Part shown: piece after piece, positions 11,455-24,000 of the stretch | Numbering within the stretch: position 1 is the stretch's first letter | Layout of the letters: every line of letters begins with the position of its first letter | DNA from: Octopus vulgaris | Taxonomy: Eukaryota | Assembly: GCA_951406725.2 (NCBI GenBank) | Contig: OX597822.1 | Coordinates: 32,922,001-32,986,000 of the forward strand | Direction: 5' to 3' | Length of the DNA: 64,000 bases | Notes under the pieces: model-generated | Told to the model about the DNA's origin: nothing | Database searches by the model: none | What the model saw: only the letters and a program-made list of their open reading frames with translations | Program-made: the position numbers and the translations under genes

Positions 11455-11500
<46 letters not shown>

Positions 11501-11595
11501 TGGATGTTAATTTTTATAATAATGTCAGTGATTTAATTTATCTTTATGGCTTTTACCCATGGTAAGCTACTGATTTTATTATGGACAATAATATC

Positions 11596-11647
<52 letters not shown>

Positions 11648-12044
11648 TGTATGTTTGTGGTTGCCTCTATGTATATGCAGGACACAGCGTAAATCAGAAG
11701 GACTCAATTACATATAATTTATAGCTTTTAGCTATAAAAAGAGGTTTGTTGATCTTTCATCTGAAGGTATCTTGATTTTGATTTTCAAGTTCGCCTAACG
11801 TAATGTACATACAGAAGCTATAGATAGTATACAAAATCTAACTTACCATCTAGCTTCTAGATTGTAGACGATAGCCTAAATTATATTATTTGTGCCTTTG
11901 ACGGCTCGTTTTTAATTAAATATCATATACTTATGTAGAACAAGAACAAAGTTCAACCAAGGCCAGGAGAAGTCGATCCTGTAAACAAGGAGGTGTAACC
12001 AATTATTATAAGAGTTTTATGAGTTATATATATTTTATGTTTAC

Positions 12045-12150
12045 ATGTGTTCATATGAATACATACATATATGTGTGTCTGTGTATTTCTATGTGAGTGT
12101 GTGTATGTTTATATATATATATATATTACACACGCACAGCGCTTGCACAC

Positions 12151-12208
<58 letters not shown>

Positions 12209-12338
12209 GTATTTATTTATATTTATTCATATATATGTATATATATTGATGCATGTATGTATGCATATATATACATATATACAGATAAATATATATGTAC
12301 ATAAGTGTATATATATATGTATGTATATTGTGTGTGTC

Positions 12339-12394
<56 letters not shown>

Positions 12395-12423
12395 TATATT
12401 ATGTATGTATGTACATATATATG

Positions 12424-12492
<69 letters not shown>

Positions 12493-12520
12493 GTATATAT
12501 ATACATATATATATATATAT

Positions 12521-12575
<55 letters not shown>
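12045..12575. repeat. Long compound (TA)n microsatellite
   Basis: Direct inspection. Confidence 0.95.
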
Positions 12576-12739
12576 TACTCCCCTGTACATTCGGGCGTAA
12601 ATAAATGACATGTTACTTTCTAGTAACTCTAGCTAAAAACAACGTTTCTTTGTTTATCTGTTTATATCTACGTCACTCTCTTTGTCTCCTCATTTTTGCT
12701 ATCATCCTGCTCACTCTATTTGCGTTTATCTCTCTGTCT

Positions 12740-12776
<37 letters not shown>

Positions 12777-13154
12777 CTCATAGATTTTATTAATCCTGAA
12801 TGTCCTTCCTTGTGCTTTCGTTTTGTTTTCTTCTCCGCTAGTCTCTTTTATCATTCACTTTTTAATCTTGATTCCGCAGAAGTTGTCAAGAACGAGATGA
12901 TACATTTATGCTTCATAGTTCAATTTATTGACGCATTCTACACTGTGTTCAAATGTTAATTCAATTAGTTTCTATCTTAGATGTCCTTCATAACTTCTAT
13001 GCGCTTATACAAAGCGTCCAAGAAATGTTAAAACAACTTAGGAGATTTATCCTTCGAGTAATGGAATTGCTCTCTGTTGCTTCGCTAAGATACTTTTACT
13101 TTGTTTTTTGTTTTTGATGATATTTTCATGCTTTCCACGCTTCAGTAATCAGAC

Positions 13155-13628
13155 GGCGTCGAGTACTCTCCCGTGTAATTTCATTTTACTATATCAAGTA
13201 TACTTTACTTAAAGTTCCTTTGGCGAGTTTCACGCCCTCACTGATATTTGCAGGGTTTTTTCTTTCGTGTTGTTTAGTTCAAGATTAATTGTGATCGTTC
13301 AGACATAGACGAGAGACATATGATCGAAAGCGCTCCAAGCATAACCACCCTGCCATGACATTTAGTAGGAATATGATTATCAGCGTTCCTTGGCGTCAAG
13401 TACTGTCTCGTGTAATTTCATTTTACTATATCAAGTAGACTTTACTTAAAGTTCCTTTGGCGAGTTTCACGCCCTCACTGATATTTGCAGGGTTTTTTCT
13501 TTCGTGTTGTTTAGTTCAAGATTAATTGTGATCGCTCTGACACAGACGAGAGACATATGATCGAAAGCGCTCCAAGCCTAACCACCCTGCCATTACATTT
13601 AGTAGGAATATGATTATCAGCGTTCCTT
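13155..13628 (+). repeat. Tandem duplication, 2 x 237 bp
   Basis: The unit GGCGTC...CAGCGTTCCTT occurs at 13155-13391 and 13392-13628 with only scattered substitutions. Confidence 0.95.
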
Positions 13629-14085
13629 AGAGGTAGACTTATAAGAAATTTTACACCTATGTTTTAATAGGAAAATAAAACGCTTAGAAGGGTCACTTGA
13701 CCTATGCAATATTTGTGCTTCCCTGCATATGACTCACCAATGCCATATGCGTGACATCATGAAAACACTCAGAGAAAATGTATGATCCATCATTTCGTTA
13801 GTTACTATTCACACATGTCGAACTAGCAGTCATAAAAATGCCGGAGATATATTCATCCCGGCGTTTGTTTCTACTCTCTGAGTTCAAATCAACCGAAGTC
13901 AGTTCTAACATTTTATTGATGAAAATGTACCAATCCAGAGCGCTGGATAGAAAGAACTATAAGTAGTGTGCCCGGAAGCGCTGCGGTCCTTGGTCCGTCT
14001 CTCTCAATCTTCTGAGTTCAAATCCTACCATAGCCTACTTGATGGTAGACACAATAAAATCGCCAGGTTTTAGACCATCATCTGG

Positions 14086-14375
14086 TTGAGCGAAAATACC
14101 TAAGGCTCCACGAGCCTCCGGCAGGAGTGGTGGCGATCCCTGTTGTACTCTTTCGCCCCAACTTTCTCTCGCTCTCTCTTCCTGTTTCTTGTCCCCGAAA
14201 TCCTACGCAACCGCTGAGCCTGGATGCGCATTCATCCATCCGTCGATGCTCTTGGTGTCGGGGGTTGACCTGCTTTCTCTTCTGTGGGTCTTACGAATAG
14301 CTAAGGACCACATTTCGGACTTCTCCCACCTTGCGAGCTCTGGGATGAAGACCGGTCGCTCAACAGCAACAAGAA
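14086..14375 (+). mobile_element. SINE family A middle segment joined to a third type of 3' segment
   Basis: 14086-14188 matches the family A body (TTGAGCGAAAA..CTCCACGAG..CTTCCTGTTTCT). It then continues into a different sequence ending in CAACAGCAACAAG. Confidence 0.6.
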
Positions 14376-15400
14376 CCATCATTTGGAACCTTGAATGTTT
14401 TTAGTGGAATCAAATCACCGGTTTAGGGATGTCTTCTCCCCTTCATACAAAACTGGAAGAAGTGTAACAGGTCATAGAAATTCCTGTCATCCTCACAAGA
14501 AAAAATTAAAACTGTATAAACGCCTAGCTATTGCATTGATTTCAATAAAGCTTCTATTAATAAGGAATATTTTAGGGTTTCAAGCATGTTTCAAACTATG
14601 GGATATACTATAAATAACAGATGGAATATTAAAACCATTTTTGTAAATATGGCAACTGCTTTTATTTCACAATCGGGACAATTCTGCATCCTCTCAATGC
14701 AATTTTATTTATTGATTGATTGATTTATCTATTTAGTTATTTATTGCCTCTTAACGGTATAATTCGAAGGGTAGTGATCTAAAGTCATCTTTCATCTGCG
14801 GTTATGCAATATTGTCAATCCATTTATGACAATTTTATATTTTCCTCCTCCAATCATAATACACATCATATGTGATTTCCTAAACCATTATTTTAGAAAT
14901 ATCCACTCATTTGTCTTTTTATGTCAAAATTAATGGAAAATATCCTGACGAGATTTATGAATTTTGTCATTTCCTTATTTCTTCAACTGCTTTCTTAATT
15001 TGTTATACGGGCTCAAATTGGATTTATTCGAGCTATTCAATGGGTTAACCATTCGTTACGATGATTCATATTTCTAGATGCGTTATTTTCTATTGCTGTT
15101 CATTTTATCTTTCGTTTTCTTTGCATCACTGCAGCCATTCCACATATCTCACGTAGCTTTTTGCTTCATGGTGAACGAGTCGCAGAATTTATCGTAAAAT
15201 AGAAATCAGCTAAACGAGAAACGAAATATAATGGAAATATGTTCACACAGAATTACATAGCAACGCAATTTATTTCGGTTATTGGTAGCTGCAGTATTTC
15301 ATAAGGCAAAACATATTCAAACACTGTCCACATATGCTGAGAAATATTTGTAAAGTTTATGCATGGCATTGGGAAAATATTATTTTCAATTCTGAATTGG

Positions 15401-15455
<55 letters not shown>

Positions 15456-15508
15456 GTTTAAATATTTGTTGTGCAAGATTTTTTATGTGAAGTCGTGTGT
15501 TGAAACAG

Positions 15509-15904
15509 ATATTGTTATATTTCGGAATGGTCATTTTGCCAGTTTAGCCAATAAAAACACACGCACTATATATTTGGTGTTATTTTGCTTCAGTGTTATT
15601 TATTTTTTACATTAATCTTAATCTTATTTTGGCCAGAGTTCTTTCGTCACACTCCTGTGACCGCATCAGTGGTCCTTTGTTTTCTTCTTTCTTATTTGTG
15701 TCTCTCCTTACTAACTGTCAATCATTTTGTATTCAAAGGACAACTGATGCGGTCACAGGAGTGTGACGAAAGAACTCTGGCCGAAATAAGATTAAGATTA
15801 ATGTAAAAAATAAATAACACTGAAGCAAAATAACACCAAATATATAGTTCGTGTGTTTTTATTGGCTAAACTGGCAAAATGACCATTCCGAAATATAACA
15901 ATAT
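15509..15904. mobile_element. Palindromic TA-flanked element with ~170-bp inverted arms, each carrying a hammerhead-like motif
   Basis: 15509-15679 is the near-perfect reverse complement of 15734-15904, with a ~55-bp spacer. (TA)n tracts lie on both sides. Confidence 0.85.
15738..15782 (+). ncRNA. Minimal type I hammerhead-like motif (mirror copy at 15631-15675, minus strand)
   Basis: Stem I GGAC(C/A)A / UGGCC, CUGAUGC-G, stem II GUCACA-GGAG-UGUGAC, GAAA, G-AA-C, CUC site at 15775-15777. AATAAA follows downstream. Confidence 0.55.
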
Positions 15905-16753
15905 ATATATATATATACATCTTATCAGATAGATAGATAGATACATAGATACATACATGCATACATACATACATACATACATACATACATACATACATAC
16001 ATACATACATACATACATACATACATAGATGCACTTGCAACCTCGTGCATTTTATGAATCAAATATATAAGCGTGAATAAATATTTTTCACCACATTTTT
16101 TGATAAATCTTACCAGATATTGGTTCAGCCCACTCTCTCTCCCTCTCTATCCCTCCCTCTATATTCCGCTCCCTACCTCTCTCTATCCCCCCTCTCTCTC
16201 TCTTTCTCTCTCTCCTTCAAGCTGTCACATTATAAATGTTCTTTTTGGTCCAAGAGGTGAGAACCGATAGTGCGACCTTTTCTTCTCATGATTCCATGGG
16301 CAACTAAAACAATTAATAAAATCATGATACATATTACCAGGGTTCGATTACCTGGAATATACAGAGAACTATCACTAATTAGAAATATTCATAGATTCTG
16401 AAGATATAACCCTAGGACAAGCAACTACAACAGGAATTGTTTTGACCAAACTAGCAATAGCTAACGTAAAACGTATATTTTCGACAGAATTAAACAGTTA
16501 GTAAAATCTAGCAGGACTAAATAACTTGGCAAATATAGGGAACAATAATGTTTTAGACATCCTCCAAAATTCTGAAGAACGACCCTACCAGAATTGTACA
16601 AAATACTATTATATAAGTAAGATCATATGATAGGATCGATAAATCAACAGAACACACTACGCTTAAAGACAAAGATGATCACAAAAAATCGTTTATTATT
16701 CTTTTGTAGATCAAGCTCAAATATATCAGGACATAAGAAAGGTATTGGACTAA

Positions 16754-16910
16754 GAAAATGTTAATGTTAGTAATTTATCAAAGAACACATTAACAGAAGG
16801 AGTGAACAGATCGTAAAGTGTTGAAAATAATACACCAACTCATTCATATAAAATGAAAATAAATTATACCTCATTCCGCCGAAATTTCATGTAGTCGAAT
16901 ATTTATTTTA
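16754..16910 (+). pseudogene. Possible very old Penelope-like ORF N-terminal remnant
   Basis: In frame ENVNVSNLSKNTLTEG..*..TPT....YTSFRRNF..IYF, which parallels VNLPHKTL..KFTPTP..IQEFCR of the element at 21.47 kb. Confidence 0.3.
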
Positions 16911-17290
16911 AACAGGTCACAATACTAATGATGAGTTACTTCGTAGAAATATATGTGGATTCTATCGAAGAAAAGAAAGAATAAACCATTCCGAATATCT
17001 TTAATTTTCCTACTGGAATTATTGCAAACAGGAACGCAAACTGTTAGAGATGGCAGTAGCTTGCCTCTGCTCGCAATAGATATATATATATGTCAAGCGA
17101 ACTCACAGTCGCTGACTTTGCAACAAACAAAAATTGCTAGTTCTAAAATCTATCTAAGAGGTCAACGCAATAGTTGTGCTGAAATATATATTCGTAGCCA
17201 TTTCAACATGGCTGTCCATTAGAGAGATTTTATAACTAGCATTTTTGCTTGTGAAATCAGCCACTCTGTGTTGGCTTGAATCATATATAT

Positions 17291-17527
17291 ATTGCGAGCA
17301 GAGGCGAGCTACTGTCATCTTTAGCAGACGAAATGTCCAGTACCGAAGAGTGGCAGAAATAACCTGAAACCAGATCTGGTCTACTGGTGTCGTCGCTAGA
17401 AGTTGGTAAGTGTCCGCTCCCTTGCTCGCAATTTATCGGATGCAGCTCTGCATCGTTAACCAAGGTGTTAAAAACTCGCAGTAGAGTCCGCTCGAACGGA
17501 CAGCCATGTTGAAGTGGCTACGAATAT
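17291..17527 (+). mobile_element. Short TA-flanked hammerhead-bearing element with nearby inverted fragments of both ends
   Basis: It follows (TA)n. Inverted copies of its 5' part lie at 17041-17078 and of its 3' part at ~17187-17218. ATTGCGAGCA (17291) has an inverted partner TGCTCGCAAT at 17423-17432. Confidence 0.7.
17337..17387 (+). ncRNA. Type I hammerhead ribozyme candidate (CCGAAGA core)
   Basis: Stem I CCAGUA/UACUGG (6 bp perfect), core CCGAAGA (17343-17349), a weak stem II and GAAA (17366-17369). A perfect 12-nt palindrome ACCAGAUCUGGU forms stem III, with the GUC site at 17379-17381. Confidence 0.7.
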
Positions 17528-17632
17528 TACTTATCAGTACAACTACTATATATATGCATGTATATATTTCTACATGACTATGTGTAACTCCATGAATATA
17601 TTTTAACTGTTTGACACACATGCATATATACA

Positions 17633-17800
17633 CTCAGGTGTGGCTGTGGGGTAAAGAAGCTTTCTTCCAACCATGTGCACTTGGGTTCTATCCCACAGTG
17701 CGGCACCTAGGGCTAGTATATTTTATTTATGCTATAACACTGCACTTACCACATACTCGTAAGTAGATCGTAAGCGGGAACTGGAAAAAGCCCGTCGAGT
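17633..17800 (+). mobile_element. SINE family B 5' part (diverged)
   Basis: GGTGTGGCTGTGGGGTAA...GGGTTCTATCCCACAG...AAGCCCGTCG followed by (TA)n, as in 43416-43575. Confidence 0.6.
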
Positions 17801-17855
17801 ATACATACATATATACATATATATATATACATACGTACATACATATAGATTTATG

Positions 17856-17912
<57 letters not shown>

Positions 17913-17972
17913 GTGATGTATATATATATATATATATATCATATTATATATATAGTATATATATATAGTGGG

Positions 17973-18022
<50 letters not shown>

Positions 18023-18034
18023 TGTGGTGATGTA

Positions 18035-18126
<92 letters not shown>

Positions 18127-21032
18127 TGTGTGTGTCTCCATCTACGTTTCACACTACGATGGTGTCTTCTCTTTAGGAACTTTTATCCTAGTGTTTCGGC
18201 AAGAAGCATTTATAAAATAAATACCAGACATTATAATAAGCGAGGTGTCAATTTATAAATTGGACACTAAGCACAAAACGGGAGCAACAATTTTTAAGAA
18301 ATGCATTAGTTTAACGCTAGGCAGTTTGAAATGATTTCACAATAGTGCATTGTTATTATATATTAGTATTTAATATACGCTGAGGAACATCCTTCTAAAA
18401 TGGTAATAGACAGTGAATATTAAATTGCATCGTTTTGAAATCCTCATAGCAACTGATTCGCTGCTGCAACATTAAGAGAAAATTACTAAGAGTTACATAG
18501 AGGTAAACACTCCCGTTCATTTTCATCACGTTAACAATTCTACTTCTTTGACTTAATTTGGCAGCGGTTAAGAAATGACTAACTCACAACAATTATACAA
18601 CGGAATTATAGCATACTATATACTTAATACATTCTTCAGTAAAACAAAATAATTTCTTTATATTGTTGCTTATAAATGTTTTATATTTTTAAATATTGGT
18701 TTTATGATGTCAAAGGAAAATATTTGTTTCACTGTATTGATAGTATATCACTAGCAATTATGTCACTTTACAGAATAATTACTAATCCAAGTGTAGTGTT
18801 GCAATTGCATTAGAATTGTATTTCCAAACTGTATATTTATTACATTTATATCCCATTGTTAACTGGATATTGCTTCCATCATTTCATAACGTTATAGCTT
18901 TATGAAATGATGGAAACACTTATGACAAATTGGTCACTACAACAGGACTGTTCCATCCGACATATGCAATGCTTTTAACAATCAATAAATAATAGAAGGA
19001 TATGACATATTATTATTGCGAAGGCCATGTATGTGCTTAAGTGTATACATTCTATATCTAGTTACTCTAACTTTGGCGGCTTCAATGCACTGTCGATAAA
19101 ACTTATGACACATTCTCATGTCAGAAATTACGAGCTTCATTTTAAAGCCGTACGCTTACAAGGATATGCTCTCAAACTCTGAAATTTCAAGTTAGTTTCT
19201 CATTCAAAATCTCGTGATTGTACTTCATAATATTTTAAAAGCTAGACTTTATATTCACTGGGTAATGAATTTAGTGAAGACAAAATAGAGCAATAAATGG
19301 ACTACAGAAACGTTCACTATCAATTCATACATATTCTGTTCATTTGGGTGTCTTGAATACACAGTAGGTTCTAAAACAATCGCCTACAAATGAGCACTTT
19401 AGCTGTGTCACAGAGAATTATTTGATGTGTATACAAAGTACTTATATTTATAATACAGATCTATATGTAAAGGCCTTAATATTGAAAGTTGCATTGATTT
19501 GATCATTAGTGAGCCATTGACATTTCGAATGAAGTTCACCCATTCCACCAGCGAAATGCCATTATAAACCATGGATCCATGATTCTATAAAATATACATT
19601 TTTATTGCTCATTTAGTATCAAACAATTTAATTAGTCTTCTAAATTTATGATAGAATAACATCAGCGGTTTAATTATGATGTCAATTTAACTTAATCGAT
19701 TTCTTTCCTTCTTGATATAACTAGGTCACAGATATTTACTAAATAGAAATAAGTAAAAGTGCAAAATGTATTCCAAAATGATGGCATGTGTTTCTGTGAT
19801 CAGGATTGGAACATTTTGATTTTGACCCAACAACTGCGATTTGTACGAAGTGTATTCGGAATGTGTTTGCCCTTTTTCTTAGGAGATGCAAGTATAACTG
19901 TTGTAGGTTATTGTAATTTTAGCATATCATTGCTATACATCTGACAAACTGACGTATGTTACTCCAGATTGCTGGAGAAAGACGTAAACAGAACATTGAA
20001 CACATCCTGCTAAACACTGCTTGTGACATCTTAGTCGTTTGCAGAGTGCAGTTGGGACGTGAACACAGTCTGGGAGGTAACTAAACTAAACTTTTGTGTT
20101 AAACCGGGCAAAAATACTTCTAAGTATCCTATTTGGAAGGAGCTCGGGGCTTTATACTTCTTTGAAATTAGCAAAGGCCTTTCCTGATTAGTCTCAAAAT
20201 TCCTAGAATGCGCCTATATAAGGCTATGAATTACTTACTGGATAAGCTCTTTCCTATTTCAAACTTGGTGGGTTAACTGAGTGGGACTTATCCCTTGCCT
20301 TAACGTGTGCAGCAGGTCCTAGATTCTCATTACAGAAATTTACACTGTTGCCAGCATTCGGGCTACAATTCTATTTTAGGAATACCTCTCAACTTCCTCT
20401 CCAACCTGTTTCCGAAGTCTTCAAATGGCATCTGTGTACTGTCCTTACTCATGATTAAGTGGTAAATTAAAATCTTGTTCATGATCACATGAAATCATTG
20501 AAAGAGTAGAAAATATAGGTCTTTCAGACAATGGTCCAATGTGATAATCTAATGGGATAAGCATAAGAATTATAAATGGCTGCTGCATTTATAGTTAGAA
20601 ACAACTTTCTCTCTCTCTTATTCTCTGCCTATGTTTCGCTCTCTTAAAGCTACTTCATATTGACGTGATTTCAAATCTCTCAAAAGAAAATCGAATTAAT
20701 TCAGTACTTTGAGAATTAACACAAATATATAGAGCACGTTTAGACCAAAAATTAAATATTTGGTTCATTTAACACGTTAATAATCGATTTTGCTTGAAAA
20801 AAAGTAAGGGAAACTATTCTCCTTTTTCTTCTAACTCATATTTGACTATCACACATCAACATAATAAATTCGCAGAACTGTTCCATTTAATGCTCCATTT
20901 GTGCTGAGATAAAACATTTATGGTACTTTAAGATTAGTCACTTACAAGTGTTTACATCATGCATTATTTCGAGTAGAAGAGGATTTTGTGACTTCGAGGG
21001 CGACAAAGTTAAACAGATATGTGTACGTTTTT

Positions 21033-21093
<61 letters not shown>

Positions 21094-21096
<3 letters not shown>

Positions 21097-24000
21097 GGCG
21101 TATTTCCACCCAGGAAAAATATAGGCAAATTTGTTATTGTAAATCCACCTGAATTTTTTAAAACTTTTAAGTGTTGTAAAATACATTTATGTACATATAT
21201 ACCAAACTAGTTTCAACAATATATTTTGTTTATCAATGGTTACAATTTAGAATAAGGAATAAGAAAAAACATGTTTATAAGTTTCAATGTTGACAAGTTT
21301 AAATGTTCATAACAAACAAATTTAGAATTACGAATACGAAAACATGTTTAACAATGTTAAACAAGTTTAAATGTTCGTAACAGTCAATAATATAGTGAGC
21401 ACTAATTCCTTATAACAAAACCCCAAAAACCATTTTTTAGGCAAAGGGGCCACCCAAATATGAGATCTCGTAAATCTCCCACATAAAACCCTTTGAAACA
21501 AACAAATAAAAATTCTCGCAAAATGACTGAAATTCACCCCAACACCACAAAGGTCGAATCTAAAGGATATACAGAATGATATCCAGGAATTCTGCAGATA
21601 ACTTCGAGTCACTGAAGAACTGTTTTGGTAAAGAAACTAGTGATCACTCAATTCTTCATTATAAAAGTAACTACTGTCCGACAAAAGTAAGAAATCAAAC
21701 TCTGGATAACGTTTGTGATTTGGTATCTAGTTATTCCTACCATTTACTTCCACCTCGAAAATTTAAAATAAATACAAGTCGAGAAGAATGGGAAATACTC
21801 AATAATCTCAAGGAGGATTATAATATAATTATAAATGAAGCTGATAAAGAGAGTGCTATAGTAATCATGGATTCAGAAAAATATATATACACTACCCTAA
21901 TCCTCCTTCAAGAAAATACTTACTAGGAAAAATCAACAACTGCAGTCAATCCAACTTAATGACAAAACTTTCGATCCTTATCCTCAAGGTTTAACGGAAA
22001 AGGAGAGAGATTACTTGACAAGACTTGACTGCAAAACCGGCAGCTTTTATGGACTTCCCAAAATCCACAAAAGTGAAGCCATAAACGAATCCAGTAGGAA
22101 GCTAACTTCTGTAGTCATAAATATTCCACACCCGAAAAATCTCAAAATGTGACCAATTGTGGCCGGTGCCTCGTGCGAGACACACAGACTCAGTAACTTT
22201 ATTGACGTCCTCCTGAAACATATTCTCCAACATATACCGAGCTTTATAAGGGATGATCTGGACTTTTTAAACTATCGCCCGAACAAAACCAGCAAGGACT
22301 CCCTTCTGGTTTCATTCGTTGTAATAAACCTCTACACCTCGATTCCACACGAATGCGGAATAATAGCCATGCAATACTGGTTGGAAAAATTGCCAAATGA
22401 CATTCCTGACCGAATCGGAAAAGAATTCATCGTTGAAGGAATAAAATTCATCCTAAAGAACAACTTCTTCAACTTCGACGAGAACACTTATAGACATAAT
22501 CGTGGCGGCGATGGGAACGAGGGTAGCCCCTACTTTTGCGAAACTTGTCATGACATATTTGAAGTACAAATATATGAGCACGATAGACTAAAATTTGGAG
22601 ACAGCTTCCAAAAGTACTTGCTCACCAACTGGAAACGATACCTGGATGACTGTTTCATTTTGTGACCACATAAACTTGAAGAACTCTCAAAATTTAAAAG
22701 CTTAACCAACAGCATTAACCACAGTATCCAGTTTACAATGGAATACAGCCACAAACAACTACCCTTCCTGGACATCTTAATCATAAAAGACACTGATATT
22801 GAAACCGATATCTTCAAATCAACGGACTCAAGACAATATCTTCTATTCTCTTCCTGCCACCCAAAACATACTAAAATAAATATACCGTTCAATTTAGCAA
22901 GAAGTTGCATGATTGCATCAAATCTCGAAATCCGAGAGAAGCGACTTCAATATCTTAAAAACACTTTACTACATAGAAGATAATCGGCCTGTCTAATCAA
23001 AAACGGAATAGAACGTGCAAAAATGATAGACATCCAAGAGTTACGGAAAACAAGAAAACACCATGACACACTTAAAGCTTTACCCTACGTATCAACACAA
23101 TCCGAGAATAATGGAAGCATGTACTATCATCCACCAAACCATACCTCTCCTTATGAAGGACCTGCGAATGAAAATGGCACTGGAAACACATAGGATTATT
23201 AAAAGCAAAAGACAACCTCAATCTCTAAAAATGTTACTCACCAGCGCCAAATTACCCACCAAAAATACAACCCCACAAGTCAAAAAGTGCATCCACCCAA
23301 ACTGCAGAACTTGCATCATACTCTGAGAGGGCACAACATACACATTTAAATCAAAAAAATTTTAATTAAAAAAACACTTCACTCGAATAACGTAATCTCT
23401 GTTCTCAAATGTGGAGAGTGTGGCGGAGTCTACATAGGTCAAACTAGATTAAGCTTGAGGGACAGACTAATGGTGCACAGGCAACAAATCCGGGATCCCA
23501 CGACCAGAAAAATTCCCGTAAGCAAAAACTTAGACCAATCCCCCGTAAACATAAACCCGAAACACCAAATCTTCCCTCTCTATCAATACACCGGAAACAC
23601 TTCAACCCAATTCCGATTAAATAAGAAAAGCATACTCATTAAAAAATATAAACCACAGGTGAATATCCTTTAGAAAGAAGAAAAACACTAAAGAGAAGAA
23701 GGAAAAAGACTCAATTTCTCCCAGAAAAACAACCAGGTACAACAGACATTTAAAAAAAAATTTAGTAACAGTCTTCCGCCTGGGCTTCGAAACCGCAACT
23801 CCAAATGACCATACAGTAACACTATACAAATACAAACAACAGTTGCCGACGTCACCTAACTCTAAACCAATAAAATTTTACAAACACCAATTGCTGATGT
23901 TATCTAACTCTAGACCTAGAAAGTTTTACCTCCGATCAAAACCGAACTTCAGCATATGCAACAAAATGGCCCTTTGAGTGAATCAACGAACTGGAACGGG

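Noticed and set aside
17853-18090. Short non-TA words interspersed in a TA tract, suggesting a structured array
   Set aside because: Irregular spacing and no repeated unit. More likely microsatellite mutation or base-calling noise.
21268-21385. Regularly spaced ~30-bp repeats resembling a CRISPR array (also 24375-24500 and 56720-56770)
   Set aside because: The intervening sequences are themselves repeated, the repeats lie within TE termini, the context is eukaryotic and there are no cas genes.
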